Assembly: GCA_944358675.1 (NCBI GenBank)
Contig: CALVRN010000003.1
Coordinates: 3,163-67,162, forward strand
Origin: an uncultured Bacilli bacterium
GTDB taxonomy: Bacteria; Bacillota_I; Bacilli_A; RF39; UBA660
Length of the DNA stretch: 64,000 nt
Direction: 5' to 3'
Shown here: one piece after another, positions 9,291 through 18,231 of the stretch
Position numbering within the stretch: the stretch's first letter is position 1
How the letters are laid out: each line of letters starts with the position of its first letter
Program-made: the position numbers and the translations under genes
The notes under the pieces: model-generated
Seen by the model: only the letters and a program-made list of their open reading frames with translations
Database searches by the model: none
What the model was told of the DNA's origin: nothing

Positions 9291-11678
9291 TTATTTAACA
9301 ACAATGTTTACTAATTTTCCTGGTATGGCTATAACTTTAACAATAGTTTTTCCTTCTATAAATTTTTGAACATTGGTGTTTTCTTTAGCTAATTTTTCCA
9401 TTTCTTCTTTAGAGGTATCAGTACTTACTGTTTCTTTACCTCTAACTTTACCATTTACTTGGAAAACTAGTTCATATGTATTATCAATAGTTTTATTTTC
9501 ATCATAAGCTGGCCACATAGATTCACATAGCGGATTACCTAATTTATATTTCTCATTTATCTCTTCAGTGATATGTGGAGCAAATGGGTTTAACAAATGA
9601 AGTAATACTCTTAGGTCTTCTTTGGTAATTGTTTCCATATCATCGTAGGCATTCATTAAAATCATTAGAGCTGAAATAGCAGTATTAAATTTCATACTCT
9701 TGATATCATTAGTGACTTTTTTTATTGTTTTATGAACTAAAGCTTCATCAGAATAACCTTCTTTATCATTTAGTTTTTCGCCGGCTTTCCATATTCTATC
9801 TATAAATCTTTTACATCCTTTTAGACTATTAGTAGACCATGCGGCATCTTTTTCATAATCACCAATAAACATTTCATAAAGTCTTAAAGCATCAGCTCCA
9901 TACTCTTCAACAACATCGTGAGGATTAATGACATTACCTTTTGATTTACTCATTTTTTCTCCATCAGGTCCTAGAATCATACCATGTGATGTTCTGATAT
10001 CAATTGGTTCTTTATTTGGAACTAGTCCAATATTATATAAAAATTGATTCCAAAATCTAGCATATAGTAAGTGGCGAGCTGTGTGCTCCATACCACCATC
10101 ATACCAGTCTACTTTGCCCCAATAATTTAAAGCTTCTTTTGAGACAAATTCTTTATCATTATGCGGATCCATATATCTTAAGAAATACCATGATGATCCA
10201 GCCCAGTTAGGCATAGTGTCTGTTTCTCTTCTTGCTTTAGCACCACATTTTGGACAAGTAGTATTTACCCAATCTTCGATATTAGCAAGTGGGCTTTCAC
10301 CATCATCTGTAGGTTCATAGTTTGCAACATCTGGAAGTAATACTGGAAGCTCTTCTTCTGGTACTGGAACCCAACCACAATGTTTACAGTAAACTAATGG
10401 AATTGGTTCTCCCCAAAATCTTTGTCTTGAGAAAATCCAATCTTGAAGGCGATAATTTACTTTACTATTACCAATTTTTCTTTTGGTGATTTCATCAATC
10501 ATTTTTTTGATTGCTTCTTCTTTATTTGTCATTCCATTTAAAATTTCTGAATTAATATATTTTCCTTCACCGATGTATGGTAATGTATCTCCTTCGATTA
10601 CAGGAATAATTTCAATATTAAATTTAGTAGCAAATTCATAGTCTCTATCATCATGAGCTGGTACAGCCATGATAGCTCCTGTTCCATAACTCATCATAAC
10701 ATAATCTGCGGTCCAAATTTGAATTTCTTTATTTGTAAATGGATTAATGGCATTAATTCCTTCTATTTTTACACCGGTTTTTTCTTTAGCTAGTTCAGTT
10801 CTTTCAAGTTCAGTTTTAGTTTTAGCATATTCCTTATATTTCTTTATTTCATCCATGTTGGTTATTTTGTTTTTTAGTGTTTCTATAATTGGATGCTCTG
10901 GAGCAATTACCATGAATGTTGCGCCATAAATTGTGTCCGGTCTAGTGGTATATACTTTTAGTTTTTCGTTTGTATCTTGAATTTCAAAATCAATTTCAGC
11001 TCCAGTAGATTTACCAATCCAATTTATTTGACCTAGTTTAACACGTTTACTAAAATTAGTATTATCTAGTCCATTTAGTAAATCTTCTGCATAGTCACTC
11101 ATTCTAAGCATCCACTGCTCTTTTTCTTTTTGAACTACTTTAGAACCACATCTTTCACAAACTCCGCCAGCTGAATCTTCATTAGATAAACCCGTTTTAC
11201 ATGTTGGACACCAGTTAATATTCTTTTTAGCTTTATAAGCCATACCATGTTCATAAAATTTTAAAAATTGCCACTGAGTCCATTTATAGTAATCTGGATC
11301 TGTTGTTGAAAATTCTCTATTCCAATCAAAAGAAATACCAAGCTCTTCTATTTGACTTTTAAATGTTTTGATATTTGCTTTGACAGCTTCTTTTGGATGA
11401 ATATGATTTTTTATTGCATACTGTTCAGCGGGAGCTCCAAAAGCATCCCATCCCATTGGGAATAATACATTATACCCTTCCATTCTTTTTTGTCTAGCCA
11501 CTGTATCTAAAGCGGTATAACTTCTAGCATGTCCAACATGAAGACCAGCTCCTGATGGATATGGAAATTCTACTAGTAAATAATATTTTTCTTTTTTATC
11601 ACCATTTTTAGCGGCAAATGTTTGGTGCTTCTGCCAATAATTCTGCCATTTTTTTTCTATTTCTTTATGATTATACAT
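9291..11678 (-). CDS. leuS: leucine--tRNA ligase
   Basis: 795 aa. HVGHARSY (HIGH-type) motif, editing CP1 domain, KMSKS (MSKSKGN). Confidence 0.95.
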   Translation of the reverse strand: MYNHKEIEKKWQNYWQKHQTFAAKNGDKKEKYYLLVEFPYPSGAGLHVGHARSYTALDTVARQKRMEGYNVLFPMGWDAFGAPAEQYAIKNHIHPKEAVKANIKTFKSQIEELGISFDWNREFSTTDPDYYKWTQWQFLKFYEHGMAYKAKKNINWCPTCKTGLSNEDSAGGVCERCGSKVVQKEKEQWMLRMSDYAEDLLNGLDNTNFSKRVKLGQINWIGKSTGAEIDFEIQDTNEKLKVYTTRPDTIYGATFMVIAPEHPIIETLKNKITNMDEIKKYKEYAKTKTELERTELAKEKTGVKIEGINAINPFTNKEIQIWTADYVMMSYGTGAIMAVPAHDDRDYEFATKFNIEIIPVIEGDTLPYIGEGKYINSEILNGMTNKEEAIKKMIDEITKRKIGNSKVNYRLQDWIFSRQRFWGEPIPLVYCKHCGWVPVPEEELPVLLPDVANYEPTDDGESPLANIEDWVNTTCPKCGAKARRETDTMPNWAGSSWYFLRYMDPHNDKEFVSKEALNYWGKVDWYDGGMEHTARHLLYARFWNQFLYNIGLVPNKEPIDIRTSHGMILGPDGEKMSKSKGNVINPHDVVEEYGADALRLYEMFIGDYEKDAAWSTNSLKGCKRFIDRIWKAGEKLNDKEGYSDEALVHKTIKKVTNDIKSMKFNTAISALMILMNAYDDMETITKEDLRVLLHLLNPFAPHITEEINEKYKLGNPLCESMWPAYDENKTIDNTYELVFQVNGKVRGKETVSTDTSKEEMEKLAKENTNVQKFIEGKTIVKVIAIPGKLVNIVVK

Positions 11679-11679
11679 T

Positions 11680-12024
11680 TTATTTTCCTTCTTTCTTTTT
11701 ATAAATTGTGCCTAATAGTTTATACATTAAAAGCATTAGCGGAACTAAAATAACAAATCCTACTAACATTTTAAATATTAAACTATCAAATATTTCAATC
11801 ACTGTACATGTGAATGCTATAATAAAAGCATTTGTTAAAGCTAAGGCTTGGGCGAAGCTTTTTAAGTTTATTTTTTTAAAATCTATTTTATAAGCTGCTT
11901 CAAAAAATTTTAATTGTTTACTTGTTTTAAATTTTTCAAAACCTTTTTTTCTAAATATAACAACTGTACTGTAAACCAAATAAACTATTACAAAACAAAA
12001 TATAAATGTTATTAAATATTCCAT
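11680..12024 (-). CDS. small hydrophobic membrane protein (3 predicted TM), co-transcribed with leuS
   Basis: 114 aa. The stop is 1 nt from the leuS start. A GGAGG RBS follows the T-box terminator. Confidence 0.55.
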   Translation of the reverse strand: MEYLITFIFCFVIVYLVYSTVVIFRKKGFEKFKTSKQLKFFEAAYKIDFKKINLKSFAQALALTNAFIIAFTCTVIEIFDSLIFKMLVGFVILVPLMLLMYKLLGTIYKKKEGK

Positions 12025-12029
12025 AAATC

Positions 12030-12295
12030 CTCCCTATATTAAAAAAGTATTATGAATGTAAGGGCGTCATGAACGCGGTACCACCTTACTTTATAATACT
12101 TTTTATTATCTCTTAATGTGATAACGGACATGACCGTCTTATACTTATCATATAAGAAGCTCATAAGCAAGTTCATAATTATTGTTAGAAAGTTTGCACC
12201 GACCACTTTCTCTCTATATAACAAATCATTATTACTACTCTTATTCAAGGCTTTTAAACTGTTAATATTATAATATATTTTTTTATAATGTTCAA
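12030..12295 (-). promoter_or_regulatory. T-box riboswitch leader plus consensus promoter upstream of the small membrane protein and leuS
   Basis: Promoter TTGAAC (12295-12290) - 17 nt - TATAAT (12272-12267) on the minus strand. AGAGAGA AG-box-like element. The reverse complement of 12074-12085 is GGTGGTACCGCG (T-box). Terminator arms AGTATTAT/ATAATACT followed by a U-run. Candidate specifier GAACUUG (CUU, Leu). The track ORF 12039..12248 lies inside this leader. Confidence 0.75.
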
Positions 12296-12298
12296 GGA

Positions 12299-12946
12299 TT
12301 AATCATCGCTTCTACCAAATAATTGAAGTAGTCTTAAGAACAAGTTAATGAAATCTAAGTATAATTCTAAAGCACCATAGATTGCTAGATTATCTTCTGG
12401 TAATACGTTAAACTCTTGCATTTTTAATATTTGCTGTACATCATATGCTGTATATCCTACAAATATGGCAATTGCTATACATGAAACAATTAAATCAAAT
12501 GTTGAGTTATTCATAAATAAATTTATTAAACCACATACTATTATAGCAATTAGCCCTATAAATAAATATACACCAATTTTAGATAAATCTACTTTTGTTA
12601 CAGCACCCAGGAATGCAAATACAGCAAATATTCCTGCTGTTAATAAGAATACATACATTATTGAACCTAGATCATATGTTACAAAGATTGTTGAAAATGT
12701 TAAACCACTTACTGCTGAATAAATTATAAAACTTACAATAGCGGTTGCTGGTTTCATTTTTGTTATTCTGGCTGATAAAAATATAACAATAGCAAATTCA
12801 ATAATGATTACAATTAAAAATGCATAACTACCAAATAATTTAAACATTGTTTCTGGATGAAGTGATACATAATAACCTGTAAAGAATGTGACTAATAATC
12901 CTATGAACATCCAACCAAATACTTTTGGCAATATTTTACTTGTCAT
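12299..12946 (-). CDS. Bax-inhibitor-1/YccA family membrane protein
   Basis: 215 aa, 7 TM. The C-terminal ...LELYLDFINLFLRLLQLFG motif is characteristic of the BI-1/YccA family. Confidence 0.75.
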   Translation of the reverse strand: MTSKILPKVFGWMFIGLLVTFFTGYYVSLHPETMFKLFGSYAFLIVIIIEFAIVIFLSARITKMKPATAIVSFIIYSAVSGLTFSTIFVTYDLGSIMYVFLLTAGIFAVFAFLGAVTKVDLSKIGVYLFIGLIAIIVCGLINLFMNNSTFDLIVSCIAIAIFVGYTAYDVQQILKMQEFNVLPEDNLAIYGALELYLDFINLFLRLLQLFGRSDD

Positions 12947-13111
12947 TTAATTCCTCCTTTTTATAAGTATATCATTTTTAAAGATTTTTATAAAGATATT
13001 TTACTACTTTTTAGGAAAAGCAAATCTAGTGTGCTTATAATTTACACACTAGATTATACACTTTTATTATTTTTGATAAATCACATATAACCCATTTTTC
13101 AAGAATTGATG

Positions 13112-13144
13112 AAAGAAAAAAACTCGTTTCAAATTAAACGAGTT
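13112..13144 (-). terminator. terminator after the GH31 gene
   Basis: aactcgttt / aaacgagtt 9-bp inverted repeat (13121-13129 and 13136-13144). It lies directly after the stop codon and is followed on the minus strand by T-rich TTTTTTCTTT. Confidence 0.6.
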
Positions 13145-15547
13145 TTAAATTTCTCCAATATATTCAAGTAATTTTAAGAACATTTTAACAAATTTTTTAT
13201 CTAATCCTATTCTAGATAATTTACGAATTTCAATTCTTTTTTTCTTAATTGGTAATTCACAAAATAAGATAGAGTCGATTTTTTCTTTCATTTCGGTTGG
13301 TATTTGTAAATCACTAATAATTCGTTCTATATCTTCATTTATTAATCTTAAAGCATCAATTTCTATATCTTTACCTTTACAACTTATAGATAATTGTCCA
13401 ACGGTTGGAACATCATTTATTTCAACTATAAAGTTTGGTCCATCAACATATGTTTTTAAAGATAGTGATGTTTCATTCATATAAGCTTCAACTTCACTTG
13501 TTCTTTTAGTATTTCTAAAGATAATTTTATAATTTCTTTTATCTGGTACAATACCACTTTTACCTTTAACAGATCTAATTACTACACTATAGTTGTTTGG
13601 CATATAAGTATAATCTATTTGGGTTAATAAATAATAATCTTTACGATATAAATCACTTTCCCCATCATCTTCGAATAAAGTATAGGAATTACTTTGTCCT
13701 GGGAAGATGTTTATTTCCATATTAGTTGGTGGAGTTGTATCATTTAAATTTTGATTATTACTTAATGGGATAATTGCTCCTGATTTAGCAAATACTGGAT
13801 AATCTTCATCACGGAAGAAACTGATATAGCTTTTGCCACCAGGGAATTTTTTGCCGGTTACATAATCATACCATGTTCCTTCTGGAAGATAGAAATTGTG
13901 AACAACACGGTTCATGACTTCATCTTTTTTAGTAATAATAGGTGCAATTAATAAAGATGAACCGAAGAAATATTCATTACGATATAATACATCATCATAA
14001 AAACTCGGAGATAAATAGTATAATGGTTTTATTAAAGCATCACCAAATTTATGATATTTATAGGCTTCACTATAGATATATGGAATCAATTTATGTCTTA
14101 ACTGTAAATAGTCTTTAGCTATTGTATGTGTTTTTATATCCCATCTCCATGGCTCTCTTTTATAGTAGTGTCCTTTGTCAACACCAAATTTTAAGATTGG
14201 TGAAAAGACACCTAATTGAATAGATCGTAGGTATAATTCATTATCTTCAGTTCCTTTAAAATATCCACTAATATCGTGAGCCCAAAAAGGTGCACCATTA
14301 TTAAAACTATTGTTGTTATAAAAAGGTATTTTTCTTAATGTAGCCCAGCTTACTTCGGTTTTTCCAGAATATAATACGGGATAACGATGAGGAACTAATC
14401 CATTACCAGAAGATAATAATAGTGGTCTACGTTTGAAATCCCTTTGCATGTCATAGAATTGATAATGTTTTAGTAATGTTAAATCTTGAATATTTTGTTT
14501 ATTTTCTAAATCAAGCCAATAGAAATCAACACCTAATGCATCTAAAGGATGGATAAATAATTTAAAATAGACATCAATAAATTTTGGTTCTAATACATTA
14601 TACGGAATTTTTCCATCACTATCTGCTTGTAAATATTTTAAAGCATCATTATAGTATGTATCAATATTATAAATGCCGGAGGTTGGATCGATGCTTAAAC
14701 CTAGTCTTATATTTTTCGCATGTAGATAATCGATCATAGCTTTTGGATTTTTAAAGTATTTATCATTAAATGTAAAACCAGATCTTAAGTGTTTATCTTT
14801 AATTTTAATACGTTTGTGCCAGTCTTTGTCTAAAACAACTATAGATAAAGGTATTTCATGGCTTTCAAAATTATCAACTAATGTTTTTAATTTTAAGTCA
14901 TCATAATCATTATTACTACTCCACCAGTTACCTAAGGCATATCTAGGCGGGAGTGCTGGAAAACCGGTTATTTGATAATAATCTTTTAAAGCTTCTTCAA
15001 AATCTTTATTATACATGAATAAATATGTATCAACTCTAAGTTCAGTATTTTTAGAAACTGTTCCATCTTCATTAAAAATATATGAATTAGTATCATCAAT
15101 ACTTGCCATTCCATCAGCTGAATATAGTCCTTTACCTTTTAGACCACCTTCAGCTAATGAGCTATTCGGTATTCCAAAATTACGAACTTCTGGATGTCCA
15201 TAGTACCAAAAACGATCAGTATTTAACAACTCTACTTTTAAGTTCGCGGCCGGATCGGCTTTACCACCTAAAAAGGATCTTCCTTTAATATAGGTTAGTT
15301 TAAAGTATTTAGTAGTAATTACAACATAATTACTATCTTCATTAGAATGAAATTCTGGAGTTTTTAAATCACGATATAAGACTTGTTCTGTTGGATCATC
15401 AATGAATATACCATTATCATTATATTCTAGTCTAATTAATCTTTCAGTTAAAACTGTAAAGCGAAACTTTTCTCCTTGAATTATATTTTTTTTATTAGCA
15501 ATCGCTCTTTTTCTATCTAGTGTAAATTGCTCACCTAAATTATACAT
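13145..15547 (-). CDS. glycoside hydrolase family 31 (alpha-glucosidase/alpha-xylosidase-like)
   Basis: 800 aa. GVDFYWLDLEN resembles the GH31 catalytic-nucleophile region (WiDMNE-like). Size and overall pattern fit GH31. Confidence 0.6.
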   Translation of the reverse strand: MYNLGEQFTLDRKRAIANKKNIIQGEKFRFTVLTERLIRLEYNDNGIFIDDPTEQVLYRDLKTPEFHSNEDSNYVVITTKYFKLTYIKGRSFLGGKADPAANLKVELLNTDRFWYYGHPEVRNFGIPNSSLAEGGLKGKGLYSADGMASIDDTNSYIFNEDGTVSKNTELRVDTYLFMYNKDFEEALKDYYQITGFPALPPRYALGNWWSSNNDYDDLKLKTLVDNFESHEIPLSIVVLDKDWHKRIKIKDKHLRSGFTFNDKYFKNPKAMIDYLHAKNIRLGLSIDPTSGIYNIDTYYNDALKYLQADSDGKIPYNVLEPKFIDVYFKLFIHPLDALGVDFYWLDLENKQNIQDLTLLKHYQFYDMQRDFKRRPLLLSSGNGLVPHRYPVLYSGKTEVSWATLRKIPFYNNNSFNNGAPFWAHDISGYFKGTEDNELYLRSIQLGVFSPILKFGVDKGHYYKREPWRWDIKTHTIAKDYLQLRHKLIPYIYSEAYKYHKFGDALIKPLYYLSPSFYDDVLYRNEYFFGSSLLIAPIITKKDEVMNRVVHNFYLPEGTWYDYVTGKKFPGGKSYISFFRDEDYPVFAKSGAIIPLSNNQNLNDTTPPTNMEINIFPGQSNSYTLFEDDGESDLYRKDYYLLTQIDYTYMPNNYSVVIRSVKGKSGIVPDKRNYKIIFRNTKRTSEVEAYMNETSLSLKTYVDGPNFIVEINDVPTVGQLSISCKGKDIEIDALRLINEDIERIISDLQIPTEMKEKIDSILFCELPIKKKRIEIRKLSRIGLDKKFVKMFLKLLEYIGEI

Positions 15548-15568
15548 AAATTATCTCCCCTTATTCTC

Positions 15569-16990
15569 TTATATTTCATCTATTTGCATGAAGTTTGTGT
15601 GTTTTACTTTTTTAAAAGGATAACCACCTGTAATAATAATTTTATCTCCTTGTTTTAAATTTAAAGCTTTAGATATGATTTTTTTCACATTATCTGTTAG
15701 TTCATCTAAAGTATTACCTTCAGCATTTACTGGTAAAACGCCAAAGTTTAATTGCAAGCTTTTAACCACTTCGTTGCTTGATGCCGCAGCAATAATTGGG
15801 CATGGTGGTTTTAATTCACTGATTCTTCTAGCTGTTCTACCAAATGTGGTTGCTACTACAATTGCTTTACAGTCTAATTCATTAGCTCCTAATACAACAC
15901 TTGAAGATACAGTTGATGTTATGCTTTTTTGTTTTTCTTTTAATGAGTTTCTGAAAAAATAACCATAATCTATACTGTCCTCTGATTCTTTAATAATTTT
16001 ACTAACAATTCTAACAGTGTCAATTGGATGTGCCCCAATTGTTGTTTCACTTGTAAGCATAATGGCATCAATTGCTTCTGAAACTAAGGTTGATAAATCT
16101 GATACTTCCGCACGATTTGGAACTGATTTTTTAGTTATAAAACTATTGAATTCTGCGGTTATAATCATTAAACAACCTTGTTCATAACATTTGTGAATTA
16201 TTTTCTTTTGGATATTAGGTACGATTTCAATTGGCATTTCAATACCTAAATCTCCTCTATCTAGTATGATTCCATCGGCAATATTAATTATATTGTCTAT
16301 ATCATCGACAGCTCTTTTATTTTCTATTTTTGCGAGCAGTCCAATGTGTTCATTTTTTAGTTCAATTAATAAGTCATTTATTTCTAATACATCTTCAGCA
16401 GATGAGATGGAAGATACACTAATAAAATCAATTCCCATTTCATTTGCAAATAAGATATCTTGATAATCTTGGTCTGTTAAAAATTTACGGCTTGTTCTAG
16501 TTTCTGGTAAATAAATTTTAGAATTATCTGTTACTTCACCACCTTTTAGAACTGTACACACGACATAATCTAATCCTTTTTCAATAACTTGTAAAATAAC
16601 ATTACCTTTACTTAATTTTATTTTAGTGTGATATTTTAAATCGTTTACTAAATTTGGATAATTAACTGAAAAGCCTGTCATATTTCCATTTATTTCATTC
16701 ATATATATTCTTATTTTATCACCGGTGTTTAAATAAGCTTTACCACCAATGAAAGTATGGGTTCTAACACAGGGCCCTTCTAAATCTATCATGATAGCAG
16801 TATTTGTGCCTAGTTTTTCGTTTGTCTCATTAATTATGTTTATTAATCTGCGGCAAACATCATGTGAAGAATAACTCATGTTTAATCTTATAACATCAAT
16901 ACCACTTTTTATAAATTCTTCAATTTGCTGTCTTTCATTTTTATTTTCACTTACTGTTGCAATTAACTTTGTTTTTTCCATGTTTACCAC
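15569..16990 (-). CDS. pyk: pyruvate kinase family protein (divergent at several catalytic motifs)
   Basis: 473 aa. ILDRGDLGIEMP matches PK MVARGDLGVEIP. Other hallmark motifs are altered: NMSYSS versus NFSHG, DLEGPCVR versus DTKGPEIR, TAEFNSF versus ATQMLDSM, LTSETTIG versus LSGETAKG. Confidence 0.6.
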   Translation of the reverse strand: MVNMEKTKLIATVSENKNERQQIEEFIKSGIDVIRLNMSYSSHDVCRRLINIINETNEKLGTNTAIMIDLEGPCVRTHTFIGGKAYLNTGDKIRIYMNEINGNMTGFSVNYPNLVNDLKYHTKIKLSKGNVILQVIEKGLDYVVCTVLKGGEVTDNSKIYLPETRTSRKFLTDQDYQDILFANEMGIDFISVSSISSAEDVLEINDLLIELKNEHIGLLAKIENKRAVDDIDNIINIADGIILDRGDLGIEMPIEIVPNIQKKIIHKCYEQGCLMIITAEFNSFITKKSVPNRAEVSDLSTLVSEAIDAIMLTSETTIGAHPIDTVRIVSKIIKESEDSIDYGYFFRNSLKEKQKSITSTVSSSVVLGANELDCKAIVVATTFGRTARRISELKPPCPIIAAASSNEVVKSLQLNFGVLPVNAEGNTLDELTDNVKKIISKALNLKQGDKIIITGGYPFKKVKHTNFMQIDEI

Positions 16991-17077
16991 ACCCTATTCT
17001 ATTTAAATTATAAAGTATATACCTTTTAAAGTCAATGAATTTTATAACATTTAAAAGATGTAGAACCTACTCTACAT

Positions 17078-17398
17078 CTATTTTAAATCATCGATATTCT
17101 TCTTTAATTGTTTGGCATCTTCACCAAAAATTATTTTTAGTTGATTATCAATTTCAACTATACCCTGAGCACCCATTTTTTGAATTGCTTCTTTATTCAC
17201 AAGTTCAATATTATGAAGGTTTACAACGAATCTTGAATTATTTACTTCATAATTAATAATGTTTGCTGTTCCTCCTAAGTATTCAATTAATTTATTGGCC
17301 TCTAATTTAAAATCTTTACTTTTAGCTTTTAGAATTGCGAAAGCTATTATTAATAAGACTATAATTATAATTACATATTGCCATATCATTTTCATCAC
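17078..17398 (-). CDS. membrane-anchored PTS EIIB(Glc)-like domain protein lacking the phosphorylatable Cys
   Basis: 106 aa, N-terminal TM. YLGGTANIINYEVNNSRFVVNL aligns to the EIIB signature LGGKENI...CxTRLR with Cys replaced by Asn. Confidence 0.5.
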   Translation of the reverse strand: MMKMIWQYVIIIIVLLIIAFAILKAKSKDFKLEANKLIEYLGGTANIINYEVNNSRFVVNLHNIELVNKEAIQKMGAQGIVEIDNQLKIIFGEDAKQLKKNIDDLK

Positions 17399-17421
17399 CT
17401 GTTATTATTATACTATATTTT

Positions 17422-18216
17422 CTATATTTTTAATATATCATTTTGATCTAAAGTTCCATTACTAATAGCTTCATTTATATATGATTGCATTCTTTCAGTT
17501 CTGTTTATTTCCATATTGTTGATTCTTTCATCTAATCCGTTAGCATATCCAGATAAATCTATTAAATATTGGATTAGTGAATTTTTTGTTTCTGTACTAT
17601 TAATTTGTTGAAGGAAAATTGCTATTGTTTTGGGATCACTACTACTTATATAATCATCTAAATGACTATCTAATAATTTCATAGCTATTACTCTTGCTTT
17701 ATAATTGTTTATTTCTTGTTCTTCACTGTTTTCAAATGGGTAATTATTTGTAAGTAGTCCTACCATCTCTTCTAAATCAGTAAGATATACACCATAGTTA
17801 TATGTCTTAACACTTATAAAATAACTTGTTTGATTTTCTTTTACTTCACCATCGAATTTCCAAAAATAGTTTTCTTTTATCTTGTTTTCCAAATTACTAA
17901 AATAAGTTTTGTTATTTTTGACATAATTGTCTAAATTATATTTGTCAATTAATTTTTCACTAGGTGCTTGGAGAAGATAGGCATCTTCTCCAGTCATCAT
18001 TGTTTTATCTTGAACTTCTTGATTCATTAAACTTTCTAATTCATCTTTACTGATACCATTAGCAAAGCCATTAGAAATATTTTCTATGATCTCTTTTTTA
18101 GTATAGCTCTTTTCTGGCTCTTTATTATTTTTGGTTAATATGATTATTGTGACAGCTAATGCGATGAGTATCAAGAACACTATTACACTAATTATTATTT
18201 TAGTTTTCTTTTTCAT
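17422..18216 (-). CDS. hypothetical protein with N-terminal signal-anchor and extracytoplasmic domain
   Basis: 264 aa. KKKTKIIISVIVFLILIALAVTIIIL TM at the N-terminus. No recognisable catalytic motif. Confidence 0.5.
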   Translation of the reverse strand: MKKKTKIIISVIVFLILIALAVTIIILTKNNKEPEKSYTKKEIIENISNGFANGISKDELESLMNQEVQDKTMMTGEDAYLLQAPSEKLIDKYNLDNYVKNNKTYFSNLENKIKENYFWKFDGEVKENQTSYFISVKTYNYGVYLTDLEEMVGLLTNNYPFENSEEQEINNYKARVIAMKLLDSHLDDYISSSDPKTIAIFLQQINSTETKNSLIQYLIDLSGYANGLDERINNMEINRTERMQSYINEAISNGTLDQNDILKI

Positions 18217-18231
18217 AATTCACCTCTTTTG

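Noticed and set aside
12039-12248. 69-aa minus-strand ORF in the track
   Set aside because: It lies entirely within the leuS T-box leader (T-box sequence and terminator inside it), so it is a non-coding regulatory RNA rather than a CDS.
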